Positions 8,865-18,483 of a stretch of DNA of 29,059 nucleotides are shown here, piece after piece; position 1 is the first letter of the stretch; each line of letters begins with the position of its first letter. The position numbers were made by a program, and so were the translations under genes. The stretch is from a virus (taxonomy: Duplodnaviria; Caudoviricetes), in IMG/VR virus record IMGVR_UViG_3300038312_000238, positions 1-29,059 of that record, one strand, 5' to 3'. The notes beneath the pieces are model-generated. The model was not told where the DNA came from. It saw nothing but the letters and a program-made list of their open reading frames with translations, and searched no databases.

Positions 8865-9133
8865 TATTTTTGAAGATGGCTGGTGAGGTTGGCGTGTTAC
8901 CTGACACGCTAACCTTTTTTGAGGTCAAAGAAATGGCAAAGGCCGCATACAACAAATCTACCACGCAGTCTATAGAACAGGCGGCCGTATTATTTTCGGG
9001 TAAAAAATATAAACCAGGGTCTTTTAACCCTTATTATGAAGCGCCAAAAATTTCAGGTTGGGATAGCACAATACAGGCGTTAAAGTCCATGGGAAAAGAA
9101 AGCAAAAGAGGTGGCAGAAATGGCTTCAAGTAA
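8831..9133 (+). CDS. Tail assembly chaperone C-terminal part (gpT-like), likely expressed by -1 frameshift
   Basis: The -1 frame is open from GGAAAAA (8831-8837) into the 8870-9133 ORF, which lacks a clear SD. Confidence 0.7.
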   Translation, partial: GKNTDGVNLRLIFLKMAGEVGVLPDTLTFFEVKEMAKAAYNKSTTQSIEQAAVLFSGKKYKPGSFNPYYEAPKISGWDSTIQALKSMGKESKRGGRNGFK

Positions 9134-11966
9134 ACTTGCAGGGGACGCGCAGGTAAGGGTGTCTATATTAGACAATACTAAGCCGCAAATATCTGCCATA
9201 GAAACAGAATTAAATAAGCGTCTAAAGTTCCATAAGATAAAAGTCGGAATCGGAATGGCCGACTATAAAAACATGTTTCTTAAGGACGCTTTGCTTTTAA
9301 AAAAGCAAGCCTCCAATGCCTTTTCTGGTTTTACCGACAGGGCAAAACAAGAAATATTGGACTTCAATAAATTTTTACAGTCACAAAATATCGTGATAAA
9401 GCCCCCTAGGTTCGATATAGGGGCGTGGTCGAGCCAAATGGCACAGATGCGCAGGATGTACAAGAGCGCAACGACAGTCCAACCAGATAGACCATTTACT
9501 CTTACTGCGGCAGAGCGTGGGCCGAACTTTATTTTCAGGGGAGTAGACTACGGTAGCGATGGACCACGAGTGGCATCGTATCCGCTTTCGCCTAGGGACG
9601 AACCGGTATCAGCATCTATGGCTATGGTCCCATATAATTTTCACCGGGTCGATAGGGTGCGCGAAAATTATATAAGACAAAAGGCCGCCGCAGATGCAGA
9701 AGCCTCGCGGTTAAGAAGCGAAGAATTCAATCGTAATATTTACAGGCGCGAGAACTGGGTTAACACCGCAATGGATTCTCCGCTTGGCGTCGACCCGTCT
9801 ATGGCTATGGTGCCATACGGATATAATTTTGGCGACAGTGGTGTTCCATATAGCACTATGTTTAGAAACGCCGTTCGAGGTCAAAGGTTAAGCACCAGAA
9901 AAAAAGATAGAGACTTAATGTGGCGTTATTACAGACGTCGCATTAATTCAGGTTTTAACAGAGGTGCTGGTGCCATTTCAGACAGCACTAGGGCTTTGGC
10001 AATAGGCGCGAGAAGATTCGACCCTGCTGGCATATCACCTTACGTGGCATGGCCTTATTTACGTGGTATTTTTTCAAGTTCTGCACAACCGGCAAGCGAT
10101 TTTTCAAAATTTGAAAACACCGCTATCGCCTTTGGTGGGCCAGGTGCAGAAGCGCAGAGACAAAGCATACGAAATATTGCCATGAACGCTGGCAACTATA
10201 ACACCAGTCCTACACAAAGAGCTGAATTGCTTGCGAACTTGGTAAAGACAACTGGTTCGATAGAATCAGCAAAGGCCCAGCTTGACGATTTTGTAAAATT
10301 GCTTGTTGTCGGCGGCGATGAAGTAAACAGCTCAGAAGTCATAAGACAGGTTGTTGCCACCGGAAACATCTTCGGGCTGACTTCCCCTGAGAGAAAAATG
10401 ATGATAAGCAAAATAGCTAATGCCGCCAACGTCTCAACGGCTAAGATAGGCGACATAATCCACGGTATGTCTTATTCGGCTTTACCGGCGAGTCAGTTAG
10501 GGTACAGTCAAGATCAGGTAATAGCTACAATAACGACTCTTTTGGAAGCAAATTTGTCGGCGGAAAGAGCAGGTACTGCGACTCGTGAATTTTTTGCCAG
10601 AATGGGCCACAAGAAAGCGCGTAAAGAAATTGCAAAACTTGGACTCAACCCTGATGAAATATCAGGTGACGTATACAGAATCGTTGATTCAATATCAGCA
10701 AAGCTAAAAGGGATGTCGCCAAGTGAACAATCAGGAATAGTTAGGGAAATATTTGGTCAACGTGGGATGTATGCATTTACTGCACTACAGAGTAGACCTG
10801 AGTTATACGGAAAATTATATGGCGACATATCTGCAACGTCACAGGATTACATTGACACTGCGTCTTCGGCAATCATACAGGGGACGTATTCAGAATTAAA
10901 TAAACTAAACAACATGTTAGAAGAAATGAGAATCACACTTGGAGAAAAACTTGTCCCTTTAATTATTTCTGTGACTGATAAATTTGGTGGCGCACTTATA
11001 GACAATATAGACAAGATTGTTTATTCTTTTGGTGCGCTTGCAGGTGTTTCAATAGGTTCAAGCGTTGTTTCCAATGTGTCGCAAATGGTTAGCAATCTTG
11101 CAGAATTGAACAAAAAAGTTGGTGCACTTAAGATTGTAAAAGGGGCACTTCTCGTATCGATCGGAATAGGTGCGTTCAAACTTGGTAACGCTATTTCTGA
11201 CTGGTTAGGTTTTTCAGACCCAAACAGCGACAGATTTTTGGCACCGTGGTTTGAAAAGGAAACCAGGCGTACTGCATCACGCCCAATAGACACAAAGTCA
11301 CAGAGGACGCTCCGTGGCCTTGGTAAGCCAGGGTCACAAGCGACCAGCGACGGTTTAACAATGCAAGAAGAGGGATATAGCCTCGAGTTAATTAGGGCGC
11401 AACAGGCAATAGACCAAATGAGTCAGCCATTTGGTTATCTGAAAGCAAGAATGTTCGACGTCACCAAAAAAGGTTATAATGAATATGACGCTGAATATAA
11501 ACCAGCACTTTCAGAAGTGCCATACGAAAATAGATTTCTTCTTGAACTAATTAACAGTTATTCTAACAGAAAAAACATCGGAACGTCGGTGCTGGCAACC
11601 CCATCACAAAAAGAATATGGCTTGCCACTCACTAAGATTGCCGGTGGGCTTTATGACATGGCAATCAAGTCAACGTCTAGTGTCGTTGCATCATCATTAA
11701 TATCAAATATCTCGACGCCTATTGGAGCTATGGTGAACTCTATTTTTTCAGATGTTATATCTGGAAAGAAGATGAACACTGGGTTAATAGGCATAAAAGG
11801 ATATAGGCAGGGGTTAATTTCAACCGCTGGAAGTTATAGCACTGAGGGCGCATACCAAAGCACAATGATAGAAAGTTATCAAGAGGCCATACAGCGTAAC
11901 ATTGAAGTTATAGTGCAATTATTAACAACAATTTCCAATAAAAAAGGCATACAGTATGTTGATTGA
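9120..11966 (+). CDS. Tail tape measure protein (TP901-like core)
   Basis: Longest ORF, follows the chaperones; core AANVSTAKIGDIIHGMSYSALPASQLG, AERAGTATR and EIFGQRGMYAF. GAGGTGG SD before ATG9120. Confidence 0.9.
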   Translation: MASSKLAGDAQVRVSILDNTKPQISAIETELNKRLKFHKIKVGIGMADYKNMFLKDALLLKKQASNAFSGFTDRAKQEILDFNKFLQSQNIVIKPPRFDIGAWSSQMAQMRRMYKSATTVQPDRPFTLTAAERGPNFIFRGVDYGSDGPRVASYPLSPRDEPVSASMAMVPYNFHRVDRVRENYIRQKAAADAEASRLRSEEFNRNIYRRENWVNTAMDSPLGVDPSMAMVPYGYNFGDSGVPYSTMFRNAVRGQRLSTRKKDRDLMWRYYRRRINSGFNRGAGAISDSTRALAIGARRFDPAGISPYVAWPYLRGIFSSSAQPASDFSKFENTAIAFGGPGAEAQRQSIRNIAMNAGNYNTSPTQRAELLANLVKTTGSIESAKAQLDDFVKLLVVGGDEVNSSEVIRQVVATGNIFGLTSPERKMMISKIANAANVSTAKIGDIIHGMSYSALPASQLGYSQDQVIATITTLLEANLSAERAGTATREFFARMGHKKARKEIAKLGLNPDEISGDVYRIVDSISAKLKGMSPSEQSGIVREIFGQRGMYAFTALQSRPELYGKLYGDISATSQDYIDTASSAIIQGTYSELNKLNNMLEEMRITLGEKLVPLIISVTDKFGGALIDNIDKIVYSFGALAGVSIGSSVVSNVSQMVSNLAELNKKVGALKIVKGALLVSIGIGAFKLGNAISDWLGFSDPNSDRFLAPWFEKETRRTASRPIDTKSQRTLRGLGKPGSQATSDGLTMQEEGYSLELIRAQQAIDQMSQPFGYLKARMFDVTKKGYNEYDAEYKPALSEVPYENRFLLELINSYSNRKNIGTSVLATPSQKEYGLPLTKIAGGLYDMAIKSTSSVVASSLISNISTPIGAMVNSIFSDVISGKKMNTGLIGIKGYRQGLISTAGSYSTEGAYQSTMIESYQEAIQRNIEVIVQLLTTISNKKGIQYVD

Positions 11967-13146
11967 TTTTAAACAATTAGATTATCCCGGCGATGAATTC
12001 GGTCTTGATACTGAACAAAAATACCTAATAAGGTCAACAATAGACTTATCATCCGTTACGCATTTTACTGACATAAAAGCTGTAGATGTCATAGAATCGG
12101 CAATAAGCTGGGCAAAGACTGCGACGCAATATGAACTGACTCCGCCGATACCTGCAATAACTGTAGATAACGTCCCAATACCATATGAAATAGCCCGCTC
12201 TTCATGTTCGGCCTCCATGTTGACGGACTCTCAAGATGGGAATATTTGGGACGTATTATTAGTTTTTAGAAATCCTAACCTAGACGGCGCTACCGGTGAC
12301 GGAGAGCCTTTTACCATTAAGGACGTTCAAATAAGTTTTTCTTCGACTGGAGAAACAATATCAAAGACTATGGCCCCGGTTGAGGAGGCTTATGGCGAAG
12401 GTGCAAACTTAGGGAACGCCATCGGGTGCGTGATAGACCAAAATGGAAAAGTTGTTAGAATCGGAGGTATGACTGTCCCAGACGATGTGACAAGAATAAC
12501 TTTGCGTTGTAAAAGAAAATGGTCTGACACCTATAAGGCGCTGTACTTACTCGCTTTATCGAGACTCAGGGACAAAGTTAACAACAGTATATTTTTGATA
12601 TTCCCTGTAGGTTGCGTAAAATATGAGTCGTTTTCAATAAGCGCCCAAAGATATAACGGATATTTTGAGTGCGAATACACATTTTTGTTACGTAACCCCG
12701 AAAGGAGGTACGTAACAATAAATGATGTCGGCCTACGTAAATATATAATAAAGGGAAAGACGGCGGCTGAGGACGTTGTCGTAGAAAGAAACTTGGTTTT
12801 GACTTCTGAAACAGACGTATATATTGAAAAACCTAAAGGTTGGACGTATATTGAGTTTACTGCACGAGCAAATAAATTTGAGAAAACTGCAATTTTTACA
12901 GGTGGGACTGGAAAAAAAGAAAAAGAGCCAACCGTGAGCGAAACGATAGACGCCGTAAGTGATATTTACACAGAGGGCACACCTAAAATAACCGGATATA
13001 GATTTTTAAAAATACACGCCGAAGATGATTTTAGCATTTTGGATTTAGATTTGGGACGAATGCAAATCCCCGGTGCGGCAATATTGCCAACCGATTATCC
13101 GGAACTCCCTCCGATAGGAGGTACGATAGGCCCGAGTAACCCCTGA
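11956..13146 (+). CDS. Putative distal tail/tail-tip structural protein
   Basis: Follows the tape measure; DKVNNSIFLIFPVGCVKY and KPKGWTY motifs. Confidence 0.55.
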   Translation: MLIDFKQLDYPGDEFGLDTEQKYLIRSTIDLSSVTHFTDIKAVDVIESAISWAKTATQYELTPPIPAITVDNVPIPYEIARSSCSASMLTDSQDGNIWDVLLVFRNPNLDGATGDGEPFTIKDVQISFSSTGETISKTMAPVEEAYGEGANLGNAIGCVIDQNGKVVRIGGMTVPDDVTRITLRCKRKWSDTYKALYLLALSRLRDKVNNSIFLIFPVGCVKYESFSISAQRYNGYFECEYTFLLRNPERRYVTINDVGLRKYIIKGKTAAEDVVVERNLVLTSETDVYIEKPKGWTYIEFTARANKFEKTAIFTGGTGKKEKEPTVSETIDAVSDIYTEGTPKITGYRFLKIHAEDDFSILDLDLGRMQIPGAAILPTDYPELPPIGGTIGPSNP

Positions 13147-13212
13147 TATCTCAATAGTTAGGCCTATAGGATCAACGATATACGGAGAAGCGGGTTTATA
13201 TACGTTACAACT

Positions 13213-13244
13213 AAACAAGGGGCTTTAAACCGCTTGTTTTTTTT
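13213..13244 (+). terminator. Rho-independent terminator
   Basis: AAACAAGGGG-ctttaaa-CCGCTTGTTT stem with one mismatch, followed by a long T run. Confidence 0.65.
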
Positions 13245-13255
13245 ATTTTAAATGC

Positions 13256-13284
13256 TTGATTTTTATGCTTTAGATGTATATTAC
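13256..13284 (+). promoter_or_regulatory. Internal promoter for the tail-tip/fibre module
   Basis: CTTGATTTTT...GATGTATATTA, the same flanking motifs as at 91-121 with a 2-nt shorter spacer. Confidence 0.55.
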
Positions 13285-13308
13285 AAGTAATAAAACACCG
13301 GTGGAGCA

Positions 13309-13845
13309 ATGGACAGTCTTTATAAAAGAATTCAAAAGGGCGAAAGCGCTGGGTCGCCATCTGCAAGCATACAGAATAAGTTAAGGGAGTCCGCACAAAA
13401 GACTATACAGAAAAATAATCTGTATAGTGGACTATCTGGGTTTGAGGTAGTGGAGGAACCCGAAAGCGAATCTGTAGACGTCAATACTGAAACAATTGTC
13501 AATATCAATTTATATACTCAGCAGTGGATTGTAGATATTGACGCTGGAACATGTACATGTACCGGGGGCTATATCGTGGTGAACAACACGGTTTTAATAA
13601 ATTTGGCTGGAAGTGTTGTTAATTTTTATGCGGGCAATAACAATCAGGTGTTGGTATGCCAAATCAATCCCGACTTTAGCGTACAGTGGGTTTGGGGAGC
13701 GCCGGGGGCCTCTTCCGTCGTTGCAGCCAAGCCATCTGTTGTGTGCTTTTGGCTTGCGCTTGGTACAAGCACCCCATTGAGACAAAACGCGAGGTTTTAT
13801 GAGTATATAACTTATATCGCGACAAACCCGGTTATAGGAGTATAA
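13309..13845 (+). CDS. Putative minor tail protein
   Basis: GGAG SD; 178 aa; first gene after the internal promoter. Confidence 0.5.
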   Translation: MDSLYKRIQKGESAGSPSASIQNKLRESAQKTIQKNNLYSGLSGFEVVEEPESESVDVNTETIVNINLYTQQWIVDIDAGTCTCTGGYIVVNNTVLINLAGSVVNFYAGNNNQVLVCQINPDFSVQWVWGAPGASSVVAAKPSVVCFWLALGTSTPLRQNARFYEYITYIATNPVIGV

Positions 13846-13846
13846 C

Positions 13847-15880
13847 GTGAACGTACCCGCGAATGCAACACTCACTGGAAGAAAACTTTATGGAAGCTCC
13901 GGGCGTGTCGCCTTTATAAATCAAACGAGCAGTTCTTACGTTAATCATGCGTCAACGTCGGTTGATACGTATCAAAACGGCACTGTACCTTATACGCCGA
14001 CTTCTGCGGCTGGGTATGAGATAAAAGGTTCGAACCCTTTTGTGGCTTCGGCATCGATAGTGTCCCACGTCGGTGAAATGCCATTCAAAAGTCATAGGAC
14101 GTCCACCGTTGGCTCGAATGTCGTCACCCTGTATACAAACGGTGGGCAGACCGCGACAAACTTACAAGAGGCTCCGGGGGATATCGTCGTAAAGGTCCCG
14201 GTGCCCGATACAATCCTTTACCCCTCCGGCATGTATGTCAATTCAGGGCGAGTTTCTGCGGCTGACGGAATAGCCGGTTTCTCGAATGGACTGTACAGCA
14301 ACGGTATAGCGTGTACATATCCGCGCAGTTATTCAACGTACGCATATGTCACTCAGACAATAACCGATGGGACCGTCACAACTACAACCAAGTTCAACAG
14401 CACATTTTTTACCACCACAATATCAACCGTTGGCGGGAAGTTTCGCGGCTCTGGGAAAGAAAAATATGTGTCGCTGTATCAAACATCAACGCATACATCA
14501 TTTGCAACGTATCCGTCTGCCCCTTATTATTTTAATGGGCATATTGCATATTTCAAAAGTGGAGCGTTTTACACTACGCCAATAAGTATTATTCAGCCAT
14601 TTTCGTCATCTGTGTATCTTACGTCATTTGGTACAATTACAACGGCGACCGGAGCGAACGGCTATACAGCGCAGGATATGACTTATTATAGCGTAACATC
14701 ACTATACCATATATGGACTTATTATGGTGGTGTTATTGGGGATAGAACAATAACAAATGGGTACGAGGGGCACTATACCGACCTGTCGCGTGTACTTGCT
14801 TCATATGTTCATCCGCAATATGGCCTTGAAACCTTTGTTTCGGACTCTTACGGGGTGGGATATTACGCTACATCTGTGTCCAACCACGGCACAACGGAGT
14901 ATGTTAATAGCGATACACATAATGCATCTGTTACCTATTTTGATTACAACGGCACGCCATATGCCAAGCCATTAACTTATTACAGAATATCAACGCAAAC
15001 AACTATTATGTATGGTCGAGGTGATATGTTCACGTCTATGCCAACTAATATTTACAGTCCAGTTAACTCATGGACAAGCACTGTCGCGACAAACAGTTAT
15101 TCCACTCTTCACGGGAATATAGAAAAAAGCACAGTTGCAACCATAGACTGGTATATTTCTAGTGCTGGGTATATCGCAACTATGCAATCAATAAATATCG
15201 GGACGGCTTTTTGGTCGCCCGTTTTTTACGGGCAATTGAGCATAGGTGATTATATGTCTACCTACGTGACCGCATGGGCAACTACAAAAACATATTCCGC
15301 CGACTGGGGGATTGTTACGGTGTTGAGTACACGCCAAACAACACAAATGCGGAGTACTCGGCTGGAGTTGCCCAGTATGCTTAACAGCAACATACTAACT
15401 AATTACGCTCTTGACGGAACCCAGCATTATAAAGGGGTGGCATTTAGTCTTTGGTCAAATCATACGGACCTCAGAACCTACACGTCAAGGCTTGTCTGCG
15501 TGTCCCCGGCAACGATAACCAATACGCTTGTTACCGGCACGGCGACGAACTTTTCGAACGGGGTTTACGGTTGTGCTTGTCGGATGGTGGCTCCAACGTT
15601 TTGGGGGAGTTCTATGATTAATATTACATTGACAAGCGTCATGTCGTTTACCGGCGACGGGATTTACAGCAACGCCGGACGAAAATTTTCAGTGAAAGAT
15701 ACGCTGGTGTATCCTATCGACATAACCGGAACGTACTTGGCGTACGGTTCTTATGTCACAATTACGCTTCCTGCGGTGAATACGAATAACACTGAATGGA
15801 TAAATTCGAAGATACAGGGATTTGACGAAATGAATGATTGTTTTGGTGATCGATTAATGGAAATAGAAACGGACTATTAA
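13847..15880 (+). CDS. Ser/Thr/Tyr-rich putative tail-tip or adhesin-like virion protein
   Basis: 677 aa, AGGAG SD before GTG; beta-strand-like composition with few charged residues and no signal peptide. Confidence 0.55.
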   Translation: MNVPANATLTGRKLYGSSGRVAFINQTSSSYVNHASTSVDTYQNGTVPYTPTSAAGYEIKGSNPFVASASIVSHVGEMPFKSHRTSTVGSNVVTLYTNGGQTATNLQEAPGDIVVKVPVPDTILYPSGMYVNSGRVSAADGIAGFSNGLYSNGIACTYPRSYSTYAYVTQTITDGTVTTTTKFNSTFFTTTISTVGGKFRGSGKEKYVSLYQTSTHTSFATYPSAPYYFNGHIAYFKSGAFYTTPISIIQPFSSSVYLTSFGTITTATGANGYTAQDMTYYSVTSLYHIWTYYGGVIGDRTITNGYEGHYTDLSRVLASYVHPQYGLETFVSDSYGVGYYATSVSNHGTTEYVNSDTHNASVTYFDYNGTPYAKPLTYYRISTQTTIMYGRGDMFTSMPTNIYSPVNSWTSTVATNSYSTLHGNIEKSTVATIDWYISSAGYIATMQSINIGTAFWSPVFYGQLSIGDYMSTYVTAWATTKTYSADWGIVTVLSTRQTTQMRSTRLELPSMLNSNILTNYALDGTQHYKGVAFSLWSNHTDLRTYTSRLVCVSPATITNTLVTGTATNFSNGVYGCACRMVAPTFWGSSMINITLTSVMSFTGDGIYSNAGRKFSVKDTLVYPIDITGTYLAYGSYVTITLPAVNTNNTEWINSKIQGFDEMNDCFGDRLMEIETDY

Positions 15881-15890
15881 GGAGAAACTT

Positions 15891-17033
15891 ATGAAATATG
15901 AATACGATTTCCGGGACGGCTTGCGTGTGATAATTCCACCCGGCAAAAAACTGAAAATCGATATGATGATTGACAATATCGTTATGCAGGGCGGCGAGGT
16001 CGACACGACTAACGGCGAGCCCTTTGTCGCCATGACGAATATTAAATACAACGTCGACTGGACCGTTGCCATTTATGAGGATGGAAAACGGGAGGAGATT
16101 AAGCCCGTTCGTGACGACAAGGACGTTCTAATCATCGTGCCGGGCGGCGGGCTCGGCGATAATATTGCATGGTTGTCGTACAGCGTGCTGTATAAAAAAC
16201 ACCACCAATGCAAATCGCTGACTATTGCTGCCTCGCCAAAGGTTTACGAGCTTTTTGAGAAACAATATCCGGGAATCACGTTTATCAGCAATGAACCGTT
16301 CGAAACGGTGACACCGGATAATTTTGACGAACTGTTCAAAAATTACCCTGTGGTATTTCGGTTGGGATGCTTTTTCGGAGACGACGGGCGGTTTTTCTGC
16401 CCGGTCGATCATAAACTAACCGGGCTCCATCATATTGCAGGATATGTGCTCGATATCCCGCGCGGGGATTATCCGCTGGAGCTTTCCCCGGAAATTTACG
16501 AAATTCAGCCGGAAAATCAGGTCACGTTTGACCATAACGGTTCGGCTGTCGTCAAGACGTGGCTCCGCCCCAATGCATGGGGCGAGCTTGCCGTGAGGTT
16601 GGGCGAAACAAAAATAAAAATGGTCGGGATCGGGCGAGAACGGGACAAAATAGTTGCGTGGTGGGTCAATCGTTTCCCCGAAAACTGTGTTGACGATACC
16701 GGGGATAAACCGCTGGTCGACCGGTGCCGGGAAATTCGAAAATCGCGGTGCTATGTCGGAGGATCAAGTGGTCTTGCATGGCTTGCGTGGTGTTGTAAAA
16801 CCCCCGTAGTTATGGTGGGCGGATGGACAAACCCTGTCAATGAGTTTGAATGTGATCATGTGATTAACTGGGCCATGTGTAATTCATGCTGGAACGACAC
16901 GCATGGGGGCAAGGCTTTTGACCACGGTGACGGCTTCCAATGTCCGCGCCACCGTGGGGATATGTGCCAGTTCATTTGTTCTTGGAGCGTCACCGTTGAC
17001 ATGGTATTCGACGCAGTCAAAAAATACTTATAA
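15891..17033 (+). CDS. Autotransporter O-heptosyltransferase family protein (TibC/AAH, BAHT family; GT-B fold)
   Basis: YDFRDGLRVIIP, GGGLGDNIAWLSY, FRLGCFF, PVDHKLTGLHHIAGYVL, VKTW..PNAW, DDTGDKPL, YVGGSSGLAWLAW..KTPVVMVGGWTNPVNEF, and the iron-finger-type CNSCWND..FDH..CPRH..QFIC. Confidence 0.88.
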   Translation: MKYEYDFRDGLRVIIPPGKKLKIDMMIDNIVMQGGEVDTTNGEPFVAMTNIKYNVDWTVAIYEDGKREEIKPVRDDKDVLIIVPGGGLGDNIAWLSYSVLYKKHHQCKSLTIAASPKVYELFEKQYPGITFISNEPFETVTPDNFDELFKNYPVVFRLGCFFGDDGRFFCPVDHKLTGLHHIAGYVLDIPRGDYPLELSPEIYEIQPENQVTFDHNGSAVVKTWLRPNAWGELAVRLGETKIKMVGIGRERDKIVAWWVNRFPENCVDDTGDKPLVDRCREIRKSRCYVGGSSGLAWLAWCCKTPVVMVGGWTNPVNEFECDHVINWAMCNSCWNDTHGGKAFDHGDGFQCPRHRGDMCQFICSWSVTVDMVFDAVKKYL

Positions 17034-17055
17034 CAATAACCGCAGGGAGGCTTGT

Positions 17056-18483
17056 GTGAAAATAACAATTTTAAAAGACGAAACAAGATGTGCCGTAGAC
17101 GGCATATACACTTTTATAATGGGGACAGTGTATACATTGCCAATAGAACTTGTCAAAGACGACGCCCCATATGAAAAAATTGGAATATCTCAATTTAGAA
17201 TTTCTATGGACGTGGATAGGGACGAGTCAACACAGCCTATGGCGAGGGCAGTTGTCCAAGCCGACGATTATATTAATGGTAAAATGACTTGTCAGTTTGA
17301 TTGTAATACTGAAAAATTTAAATCAGTCACAACAGACGTGACGAATTGTGGCGATCCAATAAAATGTTTTCTTGAAATAAGCGGAATAGATCAGGACGGT
17401 GTAGTTTTATGCAGATTTCAAATTGACGTCTACGCATTAGGGGCGGTCGACCCGGATGCGACGAAAGCGCTTGGCGAGTTGACACAAATATACTTAGCAA
17501 GAGAAGACTTCAAAAAAACTCACATAGTTGAGTTTTTTAAAGACGGGGAATGGGGTGAAGATTCTGAAAACTCCACGGCGTGTAGAATAAGACATGACGT
17601 TGGGGATTCGGCGTATACCGTTAATATACCGCTTGTCGACACAAGAATTTTTGCAAAGTTGCTCGACTTAACCACGCACAATGAGAGCGAAACCGCCCAT
17701 CCCGATATCAGGGTTGAGCTGGGGAGCAAGGCGAACGCTTCGGACGTTGCGACTGCGCTTAATGGCAAGGTCGATAAGGTCGCTGGAAAAGGCCTTTCAA
17801 CCAACGACTACGATAATACCGACAAATCGAAAGTAGACGCTCTGGGATCGATGTCAGCCGAGGATACGGAAGACTACCGCACTGCCGCAGATCAAGACCT
17901 GATTGACGCTGGAAAAGTTAATTCGAACGCGGCAATCACTGGAGCCACCAAAACAAAGATTACCTACGACAGCAAAGGACTTGTCACCGCAGGCGCTGAC
18001 CTTGAAGAATCGGACATCCCGCATATTTCAGCCTCAAAAGTAACAGGGCTGGCAACCGTGGCAACGGGCGGCAGTTACAATGACCTTAGCAACAAGCCTC
18101 TGGACCGCGAAACAGTTCCCATGAGCATTACCGGTTATGCTGTAGAGGGCTACCCGGTTGCACGTCTCGATGATGTATATGATACGATTGAGATTTACAA
18201 AAACGCCGTTGGCCTTGCGGTTGTCGAAATGACCGTGCGCTCGGCAGATAACACGATCACCGGGAATATTGTGCTGATCCCAGTCGTAAACGGCGTTGAT
18301 GGTGATCCCGTCACCATCGCGGTTACTGCGAGCTGGGCGAAAGTGTCGTTTGTGCTGGAAATTCCTGCCGGGACGCTGGCTTTACGGCGCGACCATGCCA
18401 GCACCTCGGATACGCTTAAAGATGGCGCGTCGGTCGTCACCGCGCAGGTGATTGATATCACTTATAGGAGTAGTGTACTGTGA
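17056..18483 (+). CDS. Tail fibre / upper baseplate protein
   Basis: GGGAGG SD before GTG17056; common fibre motifs HNESETAHPDIR, KVDKVAGKGLSTNDY, TKITYDSKGLVTAG and LATVATGGSYNDLSNKP. Confidence 0.78.
   Translation: MKITILKDETRCAVDGIYTFIMGTVYTLPIELVKDDAPYEKIGISQFRISMDVDRDESTQPMARAVVQADDYINGKMTCQFDCNTEKFKSVTTDVTNCGDPIKCFLEISGIDQDGVVLCRFQIDVYALGAVDPDATKALGELTQIYLAREDFKKTHIVEFFKDGEWGEDSENSTACRIRHDVGDSAYTVNIPLVDTRIFAKLLDLTTHNESETAHPDIRVELGSKANASDVATALNGKVDKVAGKGLSTNDYDNTDKSKVDALGSMSAEDTEDYRTAADQDLIDAGKVNSNAAITGATKTKITYDSKGLVTAGADLEESDIPHISASKVTGLATVATGGSYNDLSNKPLDRETVPMSITGYAVEGYPVARLDDVYDTIEIYKNAVGLAVVEMTVRSADNTITGNIVLIPVVNGVDGDPVTIAVTASWAKVSFVLEIPAGTLALRRDHASTSDTLKDGASVVTAQVIDITYRSSVL

Noticed and set aside
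13847-15880. Ser/Thr/Tyr-rich gene as a DGR variable region
   Set aside because: No paired repeat found, and codons are not restricted to NNY (many ACA, ACG, TCG).
16903-17055. N-terminal extension of the fibre ORF overlapping the transferase
   Set aside because: GTG17056 has a GGGAGG SD; the overlap is an incidental open frame.
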